From positions 6,696,001-6,760,000 of the forward strand of contig NC_088809.1 in NCBI RefSeq assembly GCF_011386835.1: a stretch of DNA of 64,000 nucleotides, written 5' to 3'. The notes below the pieces were generated by a model, which did no database searches, was not told the DNA's origin, and was given only the letters and a program-made list of their open reading frames with translations. Both the position numbers and the translations under genes were made by a program. The stretch comes from Chrysemys picta bellii (taxonomy: Eukaryota). The stretch's first letter is position 1; each line of letters starts with the position of its first letter. Shown in pieces: positions 1 through 14,200 of this stretch.

Positions 1-355
1 CAGGAGTCCTGGGAATGGCTGAGCACATTGAATCTGTTTCCCCCCCTGTTACAAATCCTCACAGCTTCTTGTCAAACGGTCTGAAATGGGCTCGCTTGAT
101 TATCACTACAAAAGTTTTTTTTCTCCTGCTGACAACAGTTCATCTTAATTAATTAGCCTCTTAGAGTTGGTTGGGCAACTCCCACCTTTTCATGTTCTCT
201 GTGTGTGTGTGTGTGTATGTATATATATATATAAAATCTCCTCACTGTATGTTCCATTCTATGCATCCAATAAAGTGGGCTGTAGCCCACGAAAGCTTAT
301 GCTCAACTAAATTTGTTACTCTCTAAGGTGCCACAAGTACTCCTGTTCTTTTTTC
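1..355 (+). mobile_element. Penelope-like element 3' end (pseudo-LTR), cut by window start
   Basis: Closely matches 54330-54650, including cccacgaaagcttatgctc...aaggtgccacaagtactcc. Confidence 0.85.
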
Positions 356-2409
356 AGATTTTTCTGTTTTCATATATTGAATTAAACATCTTTCACGTTG
401 AGTTAAGCAGTTCCTGGTTAAAATTTCACCAGCAAACTGAACAGAAAGTTGAATGAAAGGGTCTATTACTGCTAAATCACCCTTGCCAGAGATCACTTAT
501 CCCCTGGTCCATATACAAATATTTTATTGCACCATATCCGCATTTTTAAAAAAGATATGGGGAAAGTGTGTGCGCATGCACACACACACGTGATCCAAAC
601 TGATCATTGTGTTCCATTCTCAATCTAGTCAGTATATTTTTTACTTAAAGCATTTCCAGCAAGTACAATTAATAGACATTTGTTTGCCAAGTGGTCTTTC
701 CTTGTTCCTCGGTTGTAACTATAACAACGTGTTCCTGTTTAAAGGACAAAAACAGAATAAATCCCTCAGCCTCCCACCAGTACTTACTGCAAACACTTAC
801 ATCCCCAGAATGTAATTTATCACAAGGAGAATTTTTGTAAGATCCCCTTGATAAAACATTGGCAGCATGTCACTACACAGATCCAACTATTCTTGGTCGG
901 TGGCCCAAGATGGGATTGAGGGTATCACACGGAGTATTATATTCCTTACCCATCTTTCTACTTTTATTTATTTTTAATTTAAATTACTACTAGTGAAATA
1001 TGAACCATGGGAAAAAGTAGCCTTTGGAGCACATAATGTTTTCAGATAGAGTTCACCAATTAGAGAAATAATGAAGGATTGCTTTCATAATCTTCCAGGG
1101 ATTTGATTACTCAAGATACAGGAGGCAAAGAAATCTGGCAGTGGCGTGGGGGCATGTAATGAGGATTATCAATAACCAGAAGAATATGGGGTGAGGTCTT
1201 GGGACCAAATCTGAAGGAATATGAAACAATGGAGTTATTGTTTTAAAAAAAAACCTTATGCCTCTAAATATGTTTTCTTCCCCAAAACAAGATCCAGAAG
1301 TATTTATTATGGACTTAAATCATTCTCAATAGCTACAGCAATTCTATCTCAAACAACTTAATGCTTGGTATATGTGAGTTTTACACAAGAAAACTCGAGA
1401 TAGAGATCAATATAATACTTCAATAAACAGTTTTGTTTCAACAGGCAAGGCGTCTGCGTCAGGAGCAGAGCTAGTCTATGTAAGTCCTAGTTGCTCTTGC
1501 AGCTCTGGAAGGTGTATGGCAGATAGAAAGATACATATGCAGTTCTCAGACGAGCTTGGATTAGCTGTTTTCCTGAGGATTTTACACACTCTGAAGTGTG
1601 GTGTTTTTTGTTTTTATTTTGGTTGTTTTGTTTTTAATACTCTGCGCGAACGTTGTTCTTGCAATGACTATTATGCATTAGCAAAGAGGCAAAACGAAGT
1701 ATTGCAGGTTAACAGAGATGACAGTAAAGACTTAATTAGTGATTTTATTTGTAGATGAAAGCTAAGAAAACATCCTCTCTGGTTCTAAACAGTCAAATTC
1801 TCAGCCAAGGAAACAATCTGCATTCGCTGTATATGTTTGTAAATAATGTACATACTTATGACAAGCTGTTCACTACCATTTGCAGCTTTGAGATTTTTGC
1901 GTGGTTCCAGATATTGCATATGCAAATTACCAGAGAGAATTCTTTAGCATTTTGCTATTTTAAACTGTCTCTAAAAACATCTGACATTCAAGTAGGATCT
2001 ACAAAAAGGAGTCCAAAACACATAATGCAACTTTTGTGACTGGACTAGGGAACATATGAAAGGGGCTGAGTAAGGGTTTGGGAGAAGATCGAACAGGCAG
2101 CTAAGATCTTTTGAAAATCCCAAATACATAACGAGCATTTTAAGTGTCTCCAAGTGGCCATTTTTTTTCTCAATTTATTCCGCTTGGTGCTGTTACCACT
2201 GGCTGAAAGGGGAATTTACCGTTATATCATCTTTTTAGGTGAGTTTCTTTTGTCTCCCAGTATCGAAAGTCTGCACGTAGAGTAGTCAAATGGCTTGCAT
2301 AGGTTAAGTTTAAACAATGATATGGGATAAAAATACAAGTTAGACTTGAAAACTTGACTTCTGCTTTCACTTGAACAACAAGCCTGGGTAGGACAAAAAG
2401 TAATCTGCT

Positions 2410-2970
2410 TAATCAAGGGAGATTTATGTTAGATCCGGGGTAGGCAACCTATGGCACGCGTGCCAAAGGCAGCATGCGAGCTGATTTTCAGTCGCACTCA
2501 CATTGCCTGGGTCCTGGCCACCTATCCGGGGGGCTCTGCCTTTTAATTTAATTGTAAATGAAGCTTCTTAAACATTTTAAAAACCTTATTTACTTTACAT
2601 ACAACAATAGTTTAGTTATATATTATAGACTTCTAGAAAGAGACCTTCTAAAAACGTTAAAATGTATTACTGGCACGCGAAACCTTAAATCAGAGTGAAT
2701 AAATGAAGACTCAGCACACCACTTCTGAAAGGTTGCCGACCCCTGTGTTAGATATTAGGAAAAACTTCCTGACGGTAAGGATGGTTAAGTAGTGGAATAC
2801 ATTAGCAAGGGAGGTTGTGAAATCCCTGTCACTGGAGGTTTTCAAGATCAGGTGAAACAAAACCTGTCAGGGGTTGTCTAATATACTTCCCTCTGCCTCG
2901 GGGGGGGGCAGGAGAAGAGGATGGATTAAAAGCCTTCTAGCAGTCCCTTCCAGCCCAACATTTCTATGAT
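2410..2970 (+). mobile_element. CR1 LINE 3' fragment interrupted by a hAT MITE
   Basis: ttagat|attaggaaaaacttcc...agggaggttgtgaaatccc...ggaggttttcaag...cccttccagccc...ttctatgatt, typical of CR1 ORF2 end and 3' UTR. Confidence 0.75.
2435..2745. mobile_element. hAT MITE nested in CR1
   Basis: TIRs ccggggtaggcaac / gttgccgacccctg; perfect 8-bp TSD TGTTAGAT (2427-2434, 2746-2753). Confidence 0.9.
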
Positions 2971-5099
2971 TTTATTAATTTCACACAACAAATGGCATAG
3001 GTTGATTAAGGAGAGGGGAGAATGAAGTGTAAATACCCCAGGAATCTAGAGTTAAAATAAATGCAGGCAAAAGGGCTTCCCTGAGTTGGAGTTCATCTTA
3101 TGAAATAAAAGGGAGGCTCACAGACACAAGCATTTGTGTCTGAATAATTCACGTTAGCTGAGTTTGGCCTCATGTCCACTTTTGGCTAGGCTTCTGGCTC
3201 AACAGTGAGGCCAGACACTGGTGGTATATTCTCTGTTCAAGGGGAAAGTGTTAATTCTTTCCCTGGCCACCGTTGGAAGGCGGACCTAAACCCTGTAGTG
3301 CTATTTTTCACCTTCTGTATAATTCTTAATGTCCTTTTCAAAACAACCATAGAGCACCAGAAGGAAACAAAGTTATCAGTGAAAAAACTGACATGCACAC
3401 AGCGTAAGCTCTGAATGATGCCAGTAAGATAACCAAAGAGCAAAGAAAAGGAAGTTTATTTTCAAAAAAATAAACAACCTGAATGTATTCTTAGCTGGAT
3501 TCTCTGTCTCATGGTTTAAATCTAAACTACTTGCTGGAAAAATGCCACAGGATGGGGCATACAGTCAAACTTAAATGAAGGAAGAACCTTCTTTATACAG
3601 ATACTCACCTGCAAACTGTATTCTTATCAGTAACCTTCTTAATCCTTGAAGACTTACATGTCCCAAAGAAAATACGTTTATCTGACGTTCCCTTGACTGG
3701 ATTAAAGATAAAAGCAGGCTTTCCCACTGTTCCAATCTCACACAGTAAAAGTTGCCTTTGATATGTTTGTAAAAGATGTTTTAGATTCATATGTATGTTA
3801 GTGCTAGTGCTTTATCTTCCTTCCATTAATTAGATATTTGCAATATCTTCAAGTTAAAGTTTTCATAGATAGGCATTTGAGAGAGCCTCCCTAGAAAAGG
3901 GAACATTTCATTTTCAGAGCCAGATTTTTTTGGTATGGCTTTTCTTGTCTGTCACTTTGAGAACAAAGTTGGATAATCGATACACATACCTTGCAGTTGT
4001 TTTCAGTTTCAAAAATCAGACAAAACTGGTTAAAATAAAACCATATCCATGCTAGCTCTGATGAATAATATTAAGAATCATTGTAGGCTTTCCCCATATC
4101 TACATTAAACATTTATAAACTGTTTTAGTTGCGCTATCCTCTGAGTTCCTATCCCATAATCCCTGGAACAGCTCCCAGAAGGAATAGATTTTGGAATGTT
4201 TGTTTAAAAAAAAAAAAAAACACACCACACTGGTGGGAAGTCTAGTTGAACTGTTTTCAGTCTGTCCATGTCCACACTAGCACTAAAATGGGTCAGAACA
4301 AGCAGATTCAGACTGAACCACTTCTGAAATGTGTTTAAAACTCCGTTTACTCCAGTTGGTTCTTAGAATGCTCAGTGTTGTCAACTTTCATGATTTTGTT
4401 GTGAGTCTCCTATTTGGTGTTTTTGTTTCAAAGCCGCAACTCTACAATTCATGTAATTTAATGAGGATTTCAGCTTTTGAATAAAAAGCACCTACAATTA
4501 TTATTTTTAAAATTAGATTTTTAACCAATGTAATGATTTGGGGGGCCTGACCCTATTTTTTTAATGCTCAGGATTAGCAATACTGCATGCTTGTGTAAAA
4601 CAAACAAACAAAAACTATATAAACACCATTATGTGGAGGCATAGAGGGGTAAACATTTTAGGGAGCTAAACTAGTTAATAGGATGGTAAAATGTATTTAA
4701 TACATAGTCACCTTATAAGGAGTGTTCCGGGCTTGTACCCTCTCACTTTTCTAAGTATTGACTAGTAATGTTGCTTGGCAGACTTAAGGCCCAGAATACT
4801 CTGTTTGATCTGAATTTGGCAGCAAGATCTCCTGGTTTCTGCAACACTCTGGGCCAAAAAGTAGAGATTTTTCCACCAGCTTCAGGTAATTAAAAAGTTG
4901 TGTGGATCTCAATGCACTTGATAAGCAAATTAACAATGCTATATACATATATGCAGTATTTCTTGTGATGTAATTTATTATATTGAAATCCGTTCCTTTT
5001 AGGCCGTCCCTACATTTTAAATACCCTGGAGTTTCTTAGATGACAAAGTATTGTAGAAGTTTTCAGGGAGTGAGGCTAGAGATTTTGGCAACTGAAGAC

Positions 5100-5890
5100 A
5101 TAGTGACAGTTGTTGACACATGAGAGGTATTGAGAAGTGGTCTATAAGTATCTAAATAGGAAACCAATATTTGATGATGGATTCTTCAGTCTAGCAGACA
5201 AAGGCATAACAAGATCAAATAGCTAGGAAGTTTAATCTAGACAAATTCAGACAGTAACAGTAAGGGTAATTAACATTTGGAATAATTTAGCAAGGGTCAA
5301 TGTCATGGTGACTTCTCCATTACTGGTAACTTTTTAATAAAGATTGTATTTTTTTTTTTAATTATGGTCTTGTTCAAAATAAATTACTTTGGGAAGGTTC
5401 TATGACCTGGGCCTGTTTTATGCAGGTCAGACTAGATCAGTGATTCTAAACCAGGGGTACACGTACCCCTGGGGGTATATACAGGTCTTCCGGAGGGTAC
5501 AGCAACTCATTTAGATATTTGCCTAGTTTTACAACAGACTACATAACAAGCACTGGTTAAGTTAGTAAAAACTAAAATTTCACACAGACAATGATTGTTT
5601 ATACTGCTCTATCTACTATGCACTGAAATGTAAGTACAATATTTATATTCCAATTTTTATTTTATAATTGTATGGTAAAAATGAGAAAGTCAGCAATTTT
5701 TCAGTAATTGTGTGCTGTGACACTTTTGTATCTTTGTCTGATTTTGTAAGCAAGGAGTTTTTAAGTGAGCTGAAACTTGGGGGTACGCAAGACAAATCAG
5801 GCTCCAGGAAGGGGTATAGTAGTCTGGAAAGGTTGAGAACCACTGAACTAGATGATCACAATGATGATCCTTCTGGCCTTGGCATCTACT
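5100..5890 (+). mobile_element. Old CR1 3' fragment interrupted by a hAT MITE
   Basis: Degenerate CR1 end (tctagcagacaaaggcataacaag...ctagacaaattcaga...tagatgatcacaatg...ccttctggcct). Confidence 0.6.
5438..5845. mobile_element. hAT (Charlie/Buster-type) MITE
   Basis: TIRs cagtgattctaaa / ttgagaaccactg; TSD GACTAGAT/AACTAGAT. Confidence 0.85.
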
Positions 5891-6079
5891 CATTGGAATT
5901 TGGTATTCCCAACTCAAAAATGTTATTTCTACTCATGAAATCTTTTAACTATAATTTAACTCCCCATCTCCAAGACCTAAGCTTTCCTTCCTGTATAAAA
6001 TATAGCCAGGTATTACAGTATTTTATGCTGGATTTATGGCTTATTATAACAATCTGTAACCCACTAACTCCACTTTTTT

Positions 6080-6570
6080 GACTGCAGAGGTGTTAACGGA
6101 CCACTTCACCTTGATTGATCTCTTAGAATATGTGTTAACTACTTATGCTAAACAACCTTTTCCACCTTGTATTTAGCTGTGACACTGAGGTTTTGTCTAC
6201 ACTGGAATTTTGTTGGCAAAACTGTTGTCATTCAGAGGTGTGAAAAAAACACACACACACACCCCCAACGACAAAAGTTTTGGTGACGAAAAGCGCCAGT
6301 GTGAAAAGCGCTTTGTCAGCAGAAGGGCTCTCTCCTGCCGACAAACAGCAGTTACACTGTGCCCCTCTTAGCAGCACAGCTGTAGTGGCACAGCCATATT
6401 GCTAAATGCTGTGTAGTGTAGGCAAAGCCTGAATACCTTTCCCAGACCTGAAGAAGATATCCTTGTAGCTTGAAAGCTTGTTTCACCAACAGAAGTTGGT
6501 CCTATGAAAGATATTACCTCACCCACTTTGTCTCTCTAATCTCCCGGGACCGTTACAGCTATAACTACAC
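6080..6570 (+). mobile_element. Penelope-like pseudo-LTR of a further family, interrupted by a Harbinger-type MITE
   Basis: cccagacctgaagaag...gaaagcttgt...caccaacagaagttggtcc...; an inverted relative lies at 31670-31830. Confidence 0.6.
6189..6429. mobile_element. PIF/Harbinger-type MITE
   Basis: TIRs ggttttgtctacact / agtgtaggcaaagcc; 3-bp TSD TGA on both sides. Confidence 0.8.
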
Positions 6571-7874
6571 TGCAAACAGCATCTAACTGATCAGTGTTAT
6601 CCCACCATGTTTTAGAAATGTCTATTTTATCTAAGTCCTCTTCAGTTGCTAGACATTCTAGTTCATCTATTTTTGCTGTTTAAGTTTCTTACATTGGTAT
6701 ATTCAGGTATGTATAGATCTGGACTCAAACGTTTTCTACTGCCTATTTAATCGTAGTTCCTATAAAACTCCCTTTGTTGTGGCAGGACAGATGCAATTTT
6801 AAGGCTCAAGGATTATATTATGTAGCTTTTCATTCTTGTATGTGTGTATAAATGTATATAACCCGTAACGGGCTGGCAACGCTGCATTTTGTTGTGTATC
6901 TTTTGTACTGGTGAGAGTCTTAAAAATGAAGGGGAACATGAGGTAAAATTACTTCCCTATCAGTTAAAACTGGAAACAGTTGTATTGGTGTTTAAAATAC
7001 CCTTTTACGCATGTTCAATAGAAGAACTGCACCACCCCTCAGAAGATGCCATCGCTTAGCTAGACGACTCTGCACACGCTAAATAAATAGTCATTAATAA
7101 ACATCTGACTTTGGTAACAATCCACTGCAGTTCTTTAGTTGTAGGGAACTTTTTTATGTTGAAAATTTCCTCAGCATAAATTTTGGACCACTGTACTCTG
7201 GTACAAAAATACAGGGCATTTAATTGGGCTGGGCACAAAATAGTGGCACCCTGCAGTGGTAAACTGATCAAAGCACCAGGAGCAGTGGTGCTAACTCTCT
7301 GGGAACAGAACAATGATAACTTGTGTGGTAAATTTGCAGTGGTGCCTCCTCTGGAGTGCTAAGTTTGTTAGAGGTCTTAATACAGCAAATGAGGCATGAA
7401 ATCTGCCAGGAGTGTGAAGTGTTAAATCTGCTCCAGAGCAGGCCAGGGTGCTATTAAATTAACTGGGTTTTGAGGGAGGGAGGATGCTGCAAAAGGAGGA
7501 AGGGGCAGCAAAGAAAACCAAAGCTATTTAGTGTTGGAAGAGCTGAGCTGGAAAATTCTGAGGCGTTTCCTGCACTAAGGTGGTGGCTTGGACTGGGGGG
7601 GAGGGAGTGGAGAATCTTGAGGTGGCTGAGGGAGAGGGTTTGGGTGGGAAAATGTTGAGGAAGGTTGCACGGGCAGCTGCTGAGGGACGCCATGGGTGGG
7701 CAATTCCTGAGGCGGCTAGTGGGAGTGTGTGGTTTGCGCTTGGCGTTGGGTGGCTCCGATTGGAGGGAAGATAGAGGTGGGCTCCCCTAGGGGGAGGAAC
7801 CCGGGGTGGAGTTGTTGAGCTGTGCGCCTCTATTATCATGAGCGGCTGCTCAGCTGCAGCAGGTGGTTGAGGGA

Positions 7875-7999
7875 TAGGGTGACCAGATGTCCTGATTTTA
7901 TAGGGACAGTCCCAATATTTGGGGCTTTGTCTTATATAGATGACTATTACCCCCCCACCCGCTGTCCTAGTTTTTCACCCTTACGATCTGGTCACCCTA
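7875..7999. mobile_element. hAT MITE (TAGGGTGACCAGA family)
   Basis: TIRs tagggtgaccaga / tctggtcacccta; perfect TSD TTGAGGGA. Confidence 0.92.
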
Positions 8000-10294
8000 T
8001 TGAGGGATGGGGGAGCATCGCGTTAGAAGGAAAGCTACGTAGCCTTGGCTTTGCGGATGATGGGCTCTCAGGTTGCCCTACCTGATGTCCATCTCCAAAA
8101 GAGCTGCTACAAGATACCTGCCCATTATAATGGGCAGCATCTGCCTGCAATATCTGAAGGGAGAAAATACAATGAAATCTTTGGTGTTGGGTGGGTAACA
8201 CCTGTGCGTTTTGCGGAGAGGTGCTAGGGGGAAAGCACCTGTTATAAGTAATTAGGAGAACAAATCTGCCTCCACCCCCAATTTCCATCTTGAAAATTTT
8301 GGGGTACTTGGAATTGCAGATAAGAACGCAGAGACCACCACAGAGGGTCGCATTTTGTAAATCTAGATAAATGCAGCCACTGGTGGGATGAATAGCAACC
8401 AGTAGATGTTGCAGGTCTGAGGTTTCAGCCAAGCATGCCAGAGAAGCCACTGACAGTATGTCTACACTGCCAGGTGAAGTTGTGATTGTTGCATGCCTGT
8501 GTTAGCTTTAATCTAGCTAGCCTGGATCACAGTAGCAGTGTATATGTGGAAGCATGGATTAGCAACCTAAGTACAAGCTCTCAGTGTCCCTGCAGCACAA
8601 ACATGATCTCTATTTAAAGGTGAATCTGACTGTGATTCTCCAGCAATAGAACCTGCTCATAGCAGATCAGGGTTTGAAAAGGTATTCTTAATCCCTTGCT
8701 TTGCAGTAAGACATGTTTCCAATACATGTATCGCTACACATATAAAGGTTCCCATCAATTAAAATTTGAGAAGTCAATCACAAACACAGTCTGACATACA
8801 AGGAATACAACTGCTAGACCATGCTACCCACATTACCTGGATAGCCCCTGTCTACCATTTCCTCAGCTTCCCCCATCCTCTCCCTGAGGGGGAACCGCCA
8901 GCTTCCACCTGTTTGACAGGTGCAATCGAAGTTGGCATCAACCTGTTCTGCTTGAGGAATTTCCAGCTTCTGCTTTTCTCCCAAGAACAGATCATTAGTT
9001 CGAGAAGTTTGAGGAGGAGATGCTCAAAACATGTTAAAACTGTTTGTGGCTTTGCATTCCAGTCTCCTTTAGATCATATTTATTTTTACTACAACACCTG
9101 CCTACTTAGAACCACAGCGCAGGGTTGGAACACCAGTAATACGCCCCCCCCTACTGCTCCCCAAGGTTTGTGGGTGGGGGGAAACCTTTGAGGCAGACGG
9201 GGAAGGGACAATTCCTCCAGCATTTGCTAATTTGGTCTTTTCTACCCTGCCCCATGCCTGTGGGCTAAGCTGCCTGCAGTACCGCCTGTGGTCGCTAGAG
9301 GTCGTTGTACGGCTTGTTCAGCCGTGAGCAGCTGTTTGAGATCTACGGTTCCAGGTGTGAGCCCCGCAGACTAGAGCCTAGGAGAGCCTGTAAGGCGAAT
9401 TCTCAGGCAGCCAAGGCCTCATCTCCTCGGCAATGGTGCACAAAGCAGGTAAGAAGGACCTTCCTGGGTAGGGAACCTCAGCTTTTTCCTAGAGCCTGCA
9501 GCCTGCTGGGAAGAGACTAGGGCGGGACATGGGGCTTGCACGAGGAGAGGGGAAGCAGACGTGGGAGCTGGTTTAGGGGAGTTGGTGGCTGCAGTGTGTG
9601 TGTGGGAAGGGGAGCTAGACTGGGCAGAAGCTGCGTGATGAGTGGGAGCTGCAGAGGGGGCCTGGTTGGGAGCCATGTCATGCCCAAGGTGCGTGAAGGG
9701 ATGCCCTGTTTGTCCCTGTCAGGCTGACGTTTCACATCTCATTGGTTTTAGCCGGTGTTATGATTATTGTGGGTCTTTCTCATGTTTTTGTCCACTCCTG
9801 TGGGTGCCAGAACTGAAGAGAATTCCGTTCTCACCTCAAAGTGCCGTACGCCAATGGGGCCAAGGTCCCTGAGGTGTGTCTGGAGGCAAACCCTGGCGGT
9901 TATTCCATTTGTCCCAAGTATGTGTGTTGAGCAGCCAAGCGTTTGGCTTCTAGGGTCTCTTTCCCTCCTGGACCCCCCATGCACTCATTTGTACCAAACC
10001 TGGTCTCTTCTTTGTGCAGGTCACTAGACCGCGTTACCCTTGCTGGTGTTCTAGGGAAACAGTTGGTAGGGAAGAGGGCATACCTGAGGCTTAGCCCACT
10101 AAGCCAGCCCCTTGTACAGGGTTAAGGGATGGTCTTGTACCCAAAGCTTTGTATTTCTAGCTACTGCCGCAATGGGCCATTACAAATGTGATGACTCAAA
10201 CAGAGAAATTGCCGATGGAAAGAAAGAGAGATCTGAGTGATACAGAGAGAAACTAGACATTACATTAGGTGAAGTGTGGCCTCGCAAATACAGT

Positions 10295-10475
10295 GTTGGC
10301 CTGGGATTTGGAGACCTGCATTTTACTGCAAGCTATGCCCTGTTAGGTGACCTTGAGAAGGCCACTTCACTTCTCTGTGTCCCTTTTTTCCCATCTGTAA
10401 AAGAGGAGCAATGAAACTTACCTGCTTTGTAAAACACTTGGTGATTTATGGATGAAAAGGGATATGTAAGAACTA
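10295..10475 (+). mobile_element. Degenerate CORE-SINE (MIR-like)
   Basis: gtgaccttgagaagg...cacttcacttctctgtgtccc...ttcccatctgtaaaa...gtaaaacacttg...gatgaaaag. Similar copies near 20240, 24160, 25140, 37830, 44140, 51560, 53300 and 57150. Confidence 0.6.
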
Positions 10476-11038
10476 GGTACTTTTATTATTATTAGATTGG
10501 GTTTCTGGATTCTGCTCCCACATTTGCCACTGACGTGCTGTCGGTCCCTGGTCAAATCACACCCTTTTTCTGTGTCTCATCTTATCTTTGAAGATAATGC
10601 ACTAGTTAAAGAATATAATCTCTCACAGGGGTGTTTTGAGTCTTTGTGTGTGTGTGTGTGTGAGATGTGTGTAAAGCAGTTTGAGAGACTCATGTAGAAA
10701 GCACTCCAGAGGGGCAGAAATATTACTTTTTTGTACTTATCATTGTACATTATTCATTCATTAGTAAGCTCAAAGGCGAATACAAACTCAAGTTGTCTAT
10801 GAAAATGACTTTTGTTTCCAGATTCCTCATTTTCCATTGTCTGGATGGCACTGTTGTGTTTCTTGTTTTTCTGTTTTTCTTTTTTAATCCTCTGTAAAGT
10901 GAAGTGTTTTATGTTTTAGTCATGACTTCAATAAAAGATGACACCACTGAGATCTATTTCTAGCTGCATTAAAAAGGAATTTACCTTTGTTCATTAACAT
11001 TTAGCTTTTTCTCTCCAAAGTGTAACAGTTTGGCTTGG

Positions 11039-11252
11039 CCCTGTCAACACTGGTTCTCCACTTGTGAAGTAACTCCCTGCTCTCCATGTGTCAGTATATA
11101 ATGCCTGTGTCTGTAACTTTCACTCTATGCATCCGAAGAAGTGAGGTTTTTACCCACGAAAGCTTATGCCCAAATAAATCTGTTAGTCTTTAAGGTGCCA
11201 CCAGACTCCTTGTTGTTTTTGTAGATACAGACTAACACGGCTACCCCCTGAT
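11039..11252 (+). mobile_element. Penelope-like 3' end, 5'-truncated
   Basis: atgcatccgaagaagtg...cccacgaaagcttatgccc...cagactaacacggctacc; 12-bp TSD AGTTTGGCTTGG (11027-11038, 11253-11264). Confidence 0.85.
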
Positions 11253-14200
11253 AGTTTGGCTTGGAATGTATCCCCCCCCCCCCCCCCTTTGCATGCATAG
11301 CAGATGAAAATATTGACATAGTCTTATCTTTGTACTCTTCTATATAAAATCTGGTAGTGATTTAAAAATAATAATTTATTAAGCCTCATGAACAGCATGT
11401 GAGATATGGAAGTACTTTTGATATCCCTTTATGTAATGGGAAAAATTGAGGCACAGTTCACATTGGGACAAGTGAAGAGTGTGTTATACGCATGTGCTTA
11501 GCAGAAAGCCTGGTAGCTGTGTTGTCATTTCCACCTGCCCCTTCTACCCTTAAAGGCTAGATCTGGAAAGAAAAAAAAAAAGGGCAACTTCAAATTTTCC
11601 TAATGCTCGCATGAAAAATGCATTTTGTATATTTGAACTCCTGCTTCAAAAGTCCAATATCTATAAGGACGTGACCAGCACAGCAGCACTGACATGTTCC
11701 TTTCCAATGTCTTGCAGATAATCCTTGATGGGTAATATAAATATGTGCCTTATGAGTATTGTCTGGCATTTCTTGTCTCAGCTTCCTGAACAGCTGTGAC
11801 CTGATGGAAAGCTTAACTGCATTTAGAGTTGTTTACAGTGGCTCTTTCAATGAAGAACTGACTTCATTTAGCTAGTCAGTTATTAAGTGTGATTGCATTA
11901 GAAATTAAAACTAAAAGAGGACCCAAGTTACTATCTCAAATCTGCCTCCCACGCTCAAATTTTTGAGAAATATGGTGGTTTCAAATGCATGCGCCCAAAT
12001 CCAAGTCTGATCCAAAATTGGAAGGGGTCTGATTTCTGGATCCATAATTGATATAATATGTATATAGTGTGCATATGCCCCAAGTGGAGATTCCTTTAAA
12101 CAAGGAAAATAGAAGACTCCATGAAGTCCAGCAGGGAATTCAATACTCTAAACAGTCCTAAAAAGTACATGTGCAGTGCTTGAATGCTACAGTGATAACC
12201 ACTAATAGAAACCCCTAAGAAGAATGATTCAGATGTCATCCCAAAATGGCAGAAATATCATTAAGAACATCTACATCTAATCTGGTGAGATTTTGCCATT
12301 CTGGGCCATAATTGCAGTAGGGAGCCTTAGAAGATTTTTGCACTTTCAAACCTGAACATTTACCCTGTTTCTGTCCTGAACCCAAACACTGACCAACCAC
12401 TGAACTGATCTGGATTCAAACACCACCTCCCTGACCCTTTTTTAGTTAAGATCTTGTTCTCTCGATCAATAGCCTCTAACTCTAAAGTTGCCCCAAATGC
12501 CCATTTTTTCAGGTAACTTCTGTGTATAAATCCCCTTTAACTGCCATTAATCCCTTAAAGGAGAATGGATTAAAAAACACTGATGCTAACTTGAAGGGGC
12601 AAACATGGGGCTGTAATTTCATAGTTTGGCTATTAGAACTGTGGGAGCTTCTCTAAATTGGTATCATCCTTGCAGTTCAAGCAGATGCGCTAGCTAATTC
12701 ATTAGAGAAATAGAAATATAAGATGATAAATGGTTATGTATGTACAACCCCGGTGCCTGCAACCGAAATGAACCTGGGAATAACAAATTATTTTTCCTTA
12801 ACTGTCTTTTAAAGAAAAACCAAAGATCTTGCTTTAATCTTTTGTTGTTTTTTTTTTTAAATCAAATAGTCCTTGCTGTATCTTTCCTTGGGTTTATCCA
12901 GTAACTGACCTGTAGCCCTGTGATTAGCGCACTCGGATGTGCTAGTACAGAATGTGGCTGGCTGCTTGCACTACGGTGATTCTGGCAATAACAGTGTATT
13001 GGGCCAGATCTACACCAGGTGTAAATCATTGGTCCATTAATATCTTTCTGCTTTGCAGATGGCACCAATTTCCAGTTTGGTTTCAGGTGCAATTCAAAAG
13101 ATTGTCTTTAACCTAAATAGCTTTTTGTGGTATAGCTACCGGTTGTCTAACAGACCTTGTCTCTCCTCCTGTTCTACCCGGGTAGCTGAGATGAGCTGGC
13201 ACACATCCATCTTTGAGAATGCCTCGATTTTTCGATGCGCAGGGGCTGGTGTTGGTGGATTCTCTGTTAATGGTCTTGGACACTTGATTTTTCACCCCTC
13301 CTCCTAGTCTCTCAGAACATGCATTAATAACGTTCTGTATAAGTTGCAAGGCATTATATGTAATAAAAATACTTAGCAAGACTTTTTTTCCTGAGGGGCA
13401 GATAGAATGGTGAAGGGGTCTTGTGTTACGTTTTGTTAGGGAGTTGGGTTTTTTAATGACATGTCAAATTAATTTAATTGTTGGAATATAGGTGTTTTCA
13501 GTTCTGAGCTTTGTGGAACTAGGCTTCTGTAATGGGTGCACTGTATAAATGGGAGCAGAGCGCTTGAGCCTGAATTTTTTTATGAAACAAGAATAACATG
13601 CGCTCCAGCCGCATGCCAAGTACTGGTGACAAGACATCACACTCGTTGGTTGGAAGGGAACAGAACATTCCTGAGCTTGCACTGACCAAAGATATGCTGA
13701 TGCAGTGCGTTCCCCAACAGCTGACGCTGCATGCTGATGAAAAATTATTCTTTAAATAAGTTGAACTGAAGACACTTAGGGAGAAATACACCCTTGTGCC
13801 TAAAGAATGCACAAGTCTCTTAGCACCACTTAAGCCCCACTTTAAGGGCTTGAAGTTCAGCTTTACTCTGTACCGTGATTGCAAATGTTGCACCTACTCA
13901 TCCAATAGGTCTTTGTGTATGTGCAGAGTCATATCTGCTTACGCTGCTTACAGCACATTTTCATTATTTTTGTTTAATCCTCTTACCATTTCAGAGCCAA
14001 CACAACCCTGCAAGAGGGATCTGGATTCTATTTTGTCTTAAGAATCTTGAACAAAATTATTAATTAAATTCCCATTAGAAAACCATTACTGTTGATGGGT
14101 GAGCCAGAAAGAAGCCAGTATGAATTTCAGCATATGATGGGCTGACCGTTAAATAAACAACTCTCGTTTAAAATGTAAATGGAGTGCAGATGATCTGGCC

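Noticed and set aside
9190-10150. GC-richer block with many short ORFs, possibly LTR-like
   Set aside because: No clear termini, TSD or protein motif could be defined by eye.
10186-10234. C/D-box snoRNA-like spacing (GTGATGA...CTGA)
   Set aside because: No terminal stem, too short, and no evident host gene or guide.
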